Shown here one piece after another: positions 25,535-32,000 of a DNA stretch of 32,000 nt; the first letter of the stretch is position 1; each line of letters starts with the position of its first letter. A program made the position numbers and the translations under genes. The stretch lies in contig NC_004460.2 of NCBI RefSeq assembly GCF_000039765.1, positions 480,001 through 512,000 on the forward strand, in the 5' to 3' direction. The DNA comes from Vibrio vulnificus CMCP6. Its GTDB lineage: Bacteria; Pseudomonadota; Gammaproteobacteria; Enterobacterales; Vibrionaceae. The notes under the pieces were generated by a model. The model was not told where the DNA came from. It ran no database searches and worked only from the letters and a program-made list of their open reading frames with translations.

Positions 25535-25936
25535 ATTCCACCACAGCAAACGCTCATCTTTTTTTCACGAATATTCTGAGATGTTTTGTGTCAACCCTAG
25601 TCATTTCCTTCAAATTTTAACAAGCCCAAATGCCAAAGCTGAAACATTGTCCTAATTCTCAGCGGTGTAAGGCAGAGTTTACTGCTTGAAAACAAACTAA
25701 TCTTAGCGAAATTTAACATTTTGATTACACTTACAGTAAATCGGATGTCCCAAGATGGAACACTGTGGAAGTGGATAAATGCAGAAGCATCAAATAGCCA
25801 CTTTCGCTTTCACAGGAGACAATTTTAAGAAATGGCGCATATCTAGCGCATCTCATGTGATGTGAATTGGACATTCTCTTTCAGTCTTGTGTCAGCTTAT
25901 CTCCTGTGGCGATAGGCTTATCAAAAGGAGCTTGAG

Positions 25937-27031
25937 ATGAATATTCAGGCACTGCCAATGCACCGATTCCTCGACTATGAAGGGAATGTGCAAAGCCCAC
26001 TCCCTTCTTGGGCTAGTGAGGAGCGTCTTGTCCAATTTTACCGTGACATGCTCATCACCAGAGCGTACGACAACAAAGCGGTGGCGCTACAAAGAACGGG
26101 GAAACTTGGCACCTACCCATCCCACCTTGGCTCTGAAGCGTTTGGGGTTGGCATTGGTCATGCGCTCAAACCTTCTGACGTGTTCATTCCTTACTATCGG
26201 GACATGCCCGCCATGTGGGTTCGTGGTATTGGCATGGAGAAAAACCTGCAATATTGGGGCGGAGATGAACGCGGCAGTGATTTTTGTCCCGAGGAAAGTC
26301 ACTTACGCTGTTCCGATCTACCCTTCTGTGTCCCCATTGCCACCCAATGCACGCACGCGGTTGGCGTTGCCTCCGCACTCAAAATTCAAGGTAATCATGA
26401 CGCCGCTTTAGTGACCTGTGGCGATGGCGCTACCTCCAAAGGCGATTTTTTGGAATCCATCAACTGCGCTGGCGTATGGCATTTGCCTTTGGTGTTTGTC
26501 GTTAACAACAACCAGTGGGCGATCTCCGTTCCTCGTCAGTTGCAATGTGCGGCGGATTTGTTGTCAGAGAAAGCCAAAGGAGCTGGCATTCCCGGTATCA
26601 CCGTGGATGGCAATGACGTGGTCGCTGTTTATGATGCCGTTAACAACGCTCTGGACAGAGCGCGAAAAGGCAAAGGCGCGACATTGATTGAAGCGATCAG
26701 CTATCGCCTGAGTGATCACACCACTGCCGACGATGCAAGCCGATATCGCAGTGCCGATGAGCTAAAACAAGCATGGCAGTATGAACCGATCAAGCGCCTT
26801 CAAGCCTATTTAACCGCTCAAGGGCTTTGGAATGAAGAGCTCGAGCAACAATGGTTAGCCCATTGCAAACAACAAGTAGAGCAAGCCGTCGCACACTATC
26901 TTTCGCTTCCGCCACAAGCCCCTGAAAGTGCCTTTGATTATCTCTATGCCTCGCTGCCGGTCGAGCTTCATGCTCAACGAGACATGTTAATTAATAAAGC
27001 AATGCGTATGCAGGGAGGCAAACATGGCTGA
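25937..27031 (+). CDS. bkdA1: 2-oxoacid dehydrogenase E1 alpha subunit (TPP-dependent; probably branched-chain 2-oxoacid dehydrogenase)
   Basis: 364 aa with the TPP-binding motif GDGATSKGDFLESINCAGVWHLPLVFVVNNNQWAIS. An AAGGAG SD lies 6 nt upstream. Branched-chain specificity is inferred from the heterotetrameric E1 type and the etf neighbourhood; it is not proven. Confidence 0.8.
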   Translation: MNIQALPMHRFLDYEGNVQSPLPSWASEERLVQFYRDMLITRAYDNKAVALQRTGKLGTYPSHLGSEAFGVGIGHALKPSDVFIPYYRDMPAMWVRGIGMEKNLQYWGGDERGSDFCPEESHLRCSDLPFCVPIATQCTHAVGVASALKIQGNHDAALVTCGDGATSKGDFLESINCAGVWHLPLVFVVNNNQWAISVPRQLQCAADLLSEKAKGAGIPGITVDGNDVVAVYDAVNNALDRARKGKGATLIEAISYRLSDHTTADDASRYRSADELKQAWQYEPIKRLQAYLTAQGLWNEELEQQWLAHCKQQVEQAVAHYLSLPPQAPESAFDYLYASLPVELHAQRDMLINKAMRMQGGKHG

Positions 27032-28007
27032 ACTAACCCTAGTTGAAGCGGTCAACCTCGCCCTTCATCACGAGATGGACCGCGATGCAAACGTCGTGGT
27101 GCTTGGTGAAGATGTGGGAGACAACGGCGGCGTGTTTCGCGCAACCGTCGGTCTCAAACAGAAATTTGGCCTAAAGCGCGTAATGGACTCACCACTGGCC
27201 GAAGCGTTAATTGGTGGTGTAGCGGTGGGTATGGCAACACAAGGATTGAGGCCGGTGGCTGAATTTCAGTTTCAAGGCTTTGTGTTTCCAGCGATGGAGC
27301 ATCTGATTTGTCACGCGGCAAGAATGCGAAACCGCACTCGAGGACGCCTCACCTGTCCTGCGGTGTTTCGTGCCCCTTTTGGCGGCGGTATTCACGCCCC
27401 AGAGCACCACTCTGAAAGTATCGAAGCGCTCTTTGCTCATATTCCCGGCTTTAAGGTGGTGATTCCTTCTTCACCTCAGCGCGCTTACGGCCTTTTGCTC
27501 GCTGCCATCCGCAGTGATGATCCTGTGATGTTCTTTGAACCCAAACGCATTTACCGCACCGTCAAATCAGAGGTGATGGATAACGGCGAAGCGCTACCAC
27601 TTGATAGCTGTTTCACCTTACGTAAAGGCCGCGATGTAACCTTGGTGACTTGGGGCGCGTGCGTGGTGGAATCTCTGCAAGCCGCTCAAACGCTCTCCTC
27701 ACAAGGCATTGAGGCGGAGGTGATTGATTTAGCCAGTATCAAGCCGCTTGATATGGCGACCATTTTCCAATCTTTAGAAAAAACCGGACGTTTATTGGTG
27801 GTGCACGAGGCCAGTCGCAGTGGCGGTGTGGGTGGCGAGATCATTGCCCGCGTCGCTGAGCAGGCAATGTGCTTGCTGAAAGCACCACCTAAACGCGTGA
27901 CGGGTATGGATACCGTCATGCCTTACTACCGCAATGAGGATTACTTCATGATTCAAGAGCAAGATATTGTGCTCGCCGCTCGTGAGCTTATGGAGGGCTG
28001 GAAATGA
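27024..28007 (+). CDS. bkdA2: 2-oxoacid dehydrogenase E1 beta subunit
   Basis: 327 aa with typical E1-beta opening sequences: LTLVEAVNLALHHEM, VVVLGEDVG, GGVFRAT and DSPLAE. It overlaps the E1 alpha gene by 8 nt. Confidence 0.85.
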   Translation: MAELTLVEAVNLALHHEMDRDANVVVLGEDVGDNGGVFRATVGLKQKFGLKRVMDSPLAEALIGGVAVGMATQGLRPVAEFQFQGFVFPAMEHLICHAARMRNRTRGRLTCPAVFRAPFGGGIHAPEHHSESIEALFAHIPGFKVVIPSSPQRAYGLLLAAIRSDDPVMFFEPKRIYRTVKSEVMDNGEALPLDSCFTLRKGRDVTLVTWGACVVESLQAAQTLSSQGIEAEVIDLASIKPLDMATIFQSLEKTGRLLVVHEASRSGGVGGEIIARVAEQAMCLLKAPPKRVTGMDTVMPYYRNEDYFMIQEQDIVLAARELMEGWK

Positions 28008-29149
28008 AAACCTTTATCCTACCGGATCTTGGCGAAGGGCTCGCTGAGTCAGAAATTATTAAGTGGCACGTCAGCGTCGGTGACAAAGTAGAAGTCGACC
28101 AAGTGATCCTCACCGTGGAAACCGCCAAGGCAACGGTTGATGTACCAGCCCCATGGGCAGGAACCATTATTACTCGGCATGGCAATGAAGGCGATGTGGT
28201 TAACATAGGTGCGCTGTTACTGGAAATCGAAGACGGTGATGTGACCGAAAACAGCGACCAAAAAGTACAACAACGCGAAGATGCTGCCACGGTGGTGGGT
28301 CATGTGTCCAATCAGATGCATCAAGTGAAAGTGGACGATTTTTGGATCGGGGGCAACCAAAACCACACCACAGAGAAACGGGTGACCGCCTTGCCATCGG
28401 CTCGTTTGCTGGCGCAAAAACTCGGGGTGAACTTGGAGATGGTGTCTGGTACTGGCCCATCCGGTTTGATTATGGATCACGATGTCTACGACGAAGCGGG
28501 CAAACAACGCCCCGGTACGGAAGTGCTCAAAGGAGCACGACGCACCATGATGACCACGATGACCGAATCTCATCTGCAAGTGGCTGCGGTCACCATTACT
28601 GAAGAAGCGCTGTTAGAGCATTGGAGCAGTCAAGAAGACATTACCGTTCGTTTGGTTCAAGCGGTCGTTTACGCCTGCCAGCAAGAACCCGCATTAAACG
28701 CATGGTTTGATGCCGATACCGTCACACGTTGCGTGCACCATACCGTGAATATTGGTATGGCTGTAGACAGTGCCCACGGTTTGTATGTTCCTGTGATGCG
28801 ACATGCCGATGAGTTTTCACCTGACGACATTCGTAGCTGGATAAATCAAACCGTTTCAGGAATTCGCGAGCGCAAAATTGGCCGTGAGCAGTTGCAACAC
28901 GCTACGATCACCCTATCAAATTTTGGTGCCATCGCCGGAATTTATGCCACGCCTGTGGTGTCACCGCCGCAAGTGGCGATTGTGGGGGCGGGTCGAATCA
29001 TTGAGAAAGTGGTGCTTCGGGAAGGAAAAGCCGTGGCCGTCAAAGCAATGCCTTTGTCGATCACCTTTGACCATCGTGCTTGTACGGGTGGCGAAGCCGC
29101 GCGCTTTACTAAAGCGTTGGCAGAGCATTTAAGAAAACCCAGTGTATAA
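28004..29149 (+). CDS. bkdB: Dihydrolipoamide acyltransferase E2 subunit
   Basis: It has a lipoyl domain (LPDLGEGLAESEI...ETAKATVDVPAP), a subunit-binding domain (LPSARLLAQKLGVNLEMVSGTGPSGLI) and a catalytic domain with DHRACTGGEAARF. It overlaps the E1 beta gene by 4 nt (ATGA). Confidence 0.85.
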   Translation: MKTFILPDLGEGLAESEIIKWHVSVGDKVEVDQVILTVETAKATVDVPAPWAGTIITRHGNEGDVVNIGALLLEIEDGDVTENSDQKVQQREDAATVVGHVSNQMHQVKVDDFWIGGNQNHTTEKRVTALPSARLLAQKLGVNLEMVSGTGPSGLIMDHDVYDEAGKQRPGTEVLKGARRTMMTTMTESHLQVAAVTITEEALLEHWSSQEDITVRLVQAVVYACQQEPALNAWFDADTVTRCVHHTVNIGMAVDSAHGLYVPVMRHADEFSPDDIRSWINQTVSGIRERKIGREQLQHATITLSNFGAIAGIYATPVVSPPQVAIVGAGRIIEKVVLREGKAVAVKAMPLSITFDHRACTGGEAARFTKALAEHLRKPSV

Positions 29150-29212
29150 CTTGTTGCTCAGGCAGTGCATAAAGACTAATGAAATAAGGCGAATAAGTAA
29201 TAGCTAATAATT

Positions 29213-29246
29213 AAGGGCTTCCACGATGAAGCCCTTTTGCTTGTTT
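29213..29246 (+). terminator. Terminator after the dehydrogenase operon
   Basis: 9-bp stem pairing AAGGGCTTC (29213-29221) with GAAGCCCTT (29228-29236), loop CACGAT, followed by a T-rich tail (TTGCTTGTTTG). Confidence 0.55.
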
Positions 29247-29362
29247 GCTTGGTGAGAATCGATGATGAAAACGCACAGTTAAGCGCGCAATAATCAGCGA
29301 CAAAGCCTGACAAATACCCTACGTTTCGACAAACTGGGCGCCTCAAAAACCTCGGCGTCTTT

Positions 29363-30331
29363 CTACACCTTTTCCAACAGTTCCGGCAGGATGTCAAACA
29401 GATCGCCCACCAAACCGTAGTCCGCCACTTGGAATATTGGCGCGTCTGGGTCTTTGTTTATCGCGACAATGACTTTCGACTCTTTCATACCAGCAAGATG
29501 CTGTATCGCGCCTGAAATGCCAATCGCAATATACAGCTCCGGTGCGACAATTTTCCCAGTCTGCCCCACTTGCAGATCATTCGACACGTAACCCGCATCG
29601 ACCGCTGCGCGCGAAGCCCCCACCGCCGCGCCTAACTTATCGGCCAATTGCTCCACCATGGCAAACTGTGCTTTGCTCCCTAAGCCACGCCCGCCAGACA
29701 CCACGACTCTCGCGTTGGGCAAATCTGGTCGCTCACTTTCTACCTTTTCTAAACCGACAAATTCGCTGTTTTCGGCGCACAGTACCTTGTCGAGTCGCAC
29801 AACTGGCACCTGATTGCTGCTATTTTCACCTAAGCCATTGTCAGATAAGGCTTCAAACGCAGAGCTTCTAATGGAAACCATTTTGACTGCATCGAGTGAT
29901 TTCACCGTGGCCAGCGCATTGCCGGCATAAATTGGCCGAACAAAGGTATCGTCCGATTCAATCGCCACCACATCCGACAACTGACCAACATCGCGCAGCG
30001 CCGCGACACCGGGCAGTATATTTTTACCAAAGGTGGTTGCCGCTGCGAGCACGTGGGTATAAGGCTCACTCAACTGCGCCATCACGGACACAATGTTCTC
30101 TGCCAAACGATGTTGATAGGCCGGCGAATCCAACACCATGATCTCTGCGATTCCGTCGATACGCTGTGCATGTTCGACCACGGCATCACATTGATGGCCA
30201 ATGATCAGCGCCGTAATGCCCTCAGGTTGCAATTGCAACGCCGCGCTCATGGCTCGTAAGCTTTCAGGACAAATATTCCGGTCATTATGCTCAGTCAGGA
30301 ACAGCACTTTTACGTCATTCTTTTCCATCAC
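29363..30331 (-). CDS. etfA: Electron transfer flavoprotein alpha subunit
   Basis: 322 aa. The C-terminal FAD-binding region [46 protein letters not shown] is the ETF-alpha signature. Confidence 0.92.
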   Translation of the reverse strand: MMEKNDVKVLFLTEHNDRNICPESLRAMSAALQLQPEGITALIIGHQCDAVVEHAQRIDGIAEIMVLDSPAYQHRLAENIVSVMAQLSEPYTHVLAAATTFGKNILPGVAALRDVGQLSDVVAIESDDTFVRPIYAGNALATVKSLDAVKMVSIRSSAFEALSDNGLGENSSNQVPVVRLDKVLCAENSEFVGLEKVESERPDLPNARVVVSGGRGLGSKAQFAMVEQLADKLGAAVGASRAAVDAGYVSNDLQVGQTGKIVAPELYIAIGISGAIQHLAGMKESKVIVAINKDPDAPIFQVADYGLVGDLFDILPELLEKV

Positions 30332-30359
30332 TTTACTCTCTCCATTATCACGGCTGGCA

Positions 30360-31136
30360 TTACAGCACCTTGGCGTCGTTTTTTAATTTTTCGATGAGCT
30401 GATCCACATTCGCCACCCGCTCTCCGGCTTTGCGCTCTGTTGGTGTGTTCACCGTCAGCAATTGCTGATGAGATTTAACCTCAATGGAAAGCTGTTGTAG
30501 TGTGATCACATCCAGCGGTTTCTTCTTGGCTTTCATGATGTTGGGTAAAGAGGCATATCGCGGCTCATTAAGGCGCAGATCCGTACTGATGATGGCAGGA
30601 AGTACTAATCGCAACTCCTCCAACCCGCCGTCGACTTCTCGCGTCACGTTGACCTGCTCACCCGAGACAACGACTTTGGAAGCAAACGTCGCGCAAGGTC
30701 TTTGGCTCAATGCCGCCAGCATTTGCGGCACTTGGTTGTTATCACTGTCGACGGACTGTTTTCCCAGCAGCACTAATCCAACCGATTCTTGCTCCATCAG
30801 ACGATGCAGAATTTTCGCCACCGTGAGCGGTTCTACAGCCAACACATTTTGCGCATTCTCCACCACAGAAGAGAGATCGACATGAATCGCTCTATCCGCC
30901 CCCAGCGCCAACGCAGCTCTCAATTGCTCTTGGCAGCTTTCGTCACCGATGGAGACAACGATCACTTCCTCAGCATGGCCCGCTTCTTTGACCCGCACGG
31001 CCTCTTCTACCGCGATTTCACAAAACGGATTGAGCGTCATTTTCACGTTGGTCATTTCAACGCCAGAACCGTCCGCTTTCACACGCGCTTTGAGATAAGG
31101 GTCGATCACGCGTTTGATACCCACCAATACTTTCAC
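30360..31136 (-). CDS. etfB: Electron transfer flavoprotein beta subunit
   Basis: 258 aa. It opens with MKVLVGIKRVIDPY and contains NPFCEIAVEEAVRVKE and LLGKQSVDSDNNQV, which are ETF-beta signatures. It lies immediately upstream of etfA. Confidence 0.92.
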   Translation of the reverse strand: MKVLVGIKRVIDPYLKARVKADGSGVEMTNVKMTLNPFCEIAVEEAVRVKEAGHAEEVIVVSIGDESCQEQLRAALALGADRAIHVDLSSVVENAQNVLAVEPLTVAKILHRLMEQESVGLVLLGKQSVDSDNNQVPQMLAALSQRPCATFASKVVVSGEQVNVTREVDGGLEELRLVLPAIISTDLRLNEPRYASLPNIMKAKKKPLDVITLQQLSIEVKSHQQLLTVNTPTERKAGERVANVDQLIEKLKNDAKVL

Positions 31137-31356
31137 GTAGCCTCCTTAATGGACATCACCAACCATTTGAAATAAAAGCCATTTACTCAATCTCTTTACT
31201 TCAATGTCGTCAAATACTGTCCGAAGATTTATTGCATTAACATTTGTGCAACATGGTAATTTCAGCTTAGTAAAGTTTACGTTTACGTCAACTGGACTAT
31301 ATTTAAGCCAATGAACGACTCTGTAGCGGCAGGTTTACATTATGGAAAGAGAATGC

Positions 31357-32000
31357 ATGGAATTCGACGTGGTTATCGTTGGTGCGGGGCCAGCTGGTCT
31401 GTCAGCCGCTTGTCGTTTGGCGCAACTCGCCCAAGCCTCCAATCAAAGCCTCTCCATTTGTGTGTTAGAAAAGGGCTCAGAAGTGGGTGCGCATATCCTT
31501 TCTGGCGCACTGTTTGAAACTCGCGCATTGGCAGAACTTTTTCCCGATTGGCAGGATCAAGGGGCGCCAGTCGACACGCCCATCACGCAAGATCGCCTGC
31601 TTTACCTCACTACCGAGCATAACCACATTGAAGTGCCTGCCTTTCTGGTGCCTAAATCACTTCATAATAGCAGTGACAACTATGTGGTCAGTTTGGGTAA
31701 TCTCTGCCGCTGGTTGGCCAAACAAGCAGAAGCCCTCGGTGTAGAGGTGTTTGCTGGCTTTCCCGCTAAAGAGGTGGTAATTAATGAAAGTGACATTGTC
31801 ACTGGTGTCATTACCACCGACATGGGCCTAGACAAGCAATCTCAGCCTAAAGCAGGATTTGAAGCGGGCATCGAGCTAAAAGCGCGCTTTACCGTGTTTG
31901 CCGAAGGCGCGCGTGGTCATTTGGGTAAACAACTGATTGAGCACTTTGCTCTCGACCAAGGAAAGCCGCCACAACACTACGCTCTAGGGATCAAAGAAAT
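31357..32000 (+). CDS. etfD: Electron transfer flavoprotein-ubiquinone oxidoreductase; 3' end runs off the window
   Basis: Not in the ORF track because there is no stop in the window. The frame is open from ATG 31342 or 31357 to the window edge. The translation MEFDVVIVGAGPAGLSAACRLAQL...EKGSEVGAHILSGA...FAEGARGHLGK is the ETF-QO N-terminal FAD-binding pattern. I prefer the 31357 start (GGAAAGAGAA upstream). Confidence 0.88.
   Translation, partial: MEFDVVIVGAGPAGLSAACRLAQLAQASNQSLSICVLEKGSEVGAHILSGALFETRALAELFPDWQDQGAPVDTPITQDRLLYLTTEHNHIEVPAFLVPKSLHNSSDNYVVSLGNLCRWLAKQAEALGVEVFAGFPAKEVVINESDIVTGVITTDMGLDKQSQPKAGFEAGIELKARFTVFAEGARGHLGKQLIEHFALDQGKPPQHYALGIKE

Noticed and set aside
29176-29397. 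73-aa minus-strand ORF in the bkdB-etfA convergent gap
   Set aside because: It begins inside the etfA 3' end and is Cys/Arg-rich. It overlaps the bkd terminator hairpin and has no SD.
1-32000. Search for CRISPR arrays, tRNA/rRNA, IS elements, integrases, attC-like or other multi-copy repeats, and toxin-antitoxin or defence-system hallmarks
   Set aside because: Reading both strands, I saw no regularly spaced direct repeats, no transposase, recombinase or nuclease/ATPase defence-type ORFs, no cloverleaf-like tRNA sequence, and no unassigned ORF longer than 100 aa outside known genes. A visual scan can miss degenerate repeats, so a self-dot-plot would be the decisive check.

Overview
This window reads as an ordinary Vibrio chromosomal segment. 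It is most likely V. vulnificus or a very close relative: the add leader at 24379-24490 matches, as far as I can recall it, the classic V. vulnificus add adenine riboswitch model RNA.

The left 6.3 kb is one end of a type VI secretion (T6SS) cluster. It holds tagH-tssJ-tssK-tssL on the minus strand, with tssL running off the window. A divergent, monocistronic PpkA-like Ser/Thr kinase ends at a strong bidirectional terminator.

The other ~25 kb is a mosaic of small transcription units:
- gst with a divergent tetR-PPC pair.
- Three small conserved genes of unknown function (DUF3820, DUF1289/CWC, HopJ).
- A membrane GGDEF-EAL protein.
- phhAB divergent from an acetoacetyl-CoA synthetase.
- A SAM methyltransferase divergent from a LysR regulator.
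- A CDF transporter, a YddG-like DMT exporter and elbB.
- A three-gene signalling module: periplasmic binding protein, PAS histidine kinase, and REC-HD-GYP response regulator.
- A DOPA-dioxygenase-family gene.
- The adenine riboswitch with add.
- A 2-oxoacid dehydrogenase E1alpha/E1beta/E2 operon.
- etfBA divergent from an ETF-ubiquinone oxidoreductase gene that runs off the right edge.

I found no rRNA, tRNA, CRISPR array, transposase, integrase or recognisable phage-defence hallmark.

I cannot point to a clear-cut new system. The best candidates for under-described biology are:
1. The T6SS kinase: non-RD catalytic loop, ~98-aa charged N-terminal extension, and an orphan ~330-aa periplasmic domain, with no phosphatase in view.
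2. The binding-protein/kinase/HD-GYP module.
3. An unannotated 53-codon acidic ORF with a strong Shine-Dalgarno (SD) sequence upstream of elbB.
4. The 400-bp leader of the dehydrogenase operon, with a sigma54-like -24/-12 element, and an ACGT-cored palindrome in the etf divergent promoter.

All family calls rest on motif recognition by eye. No database search was run.
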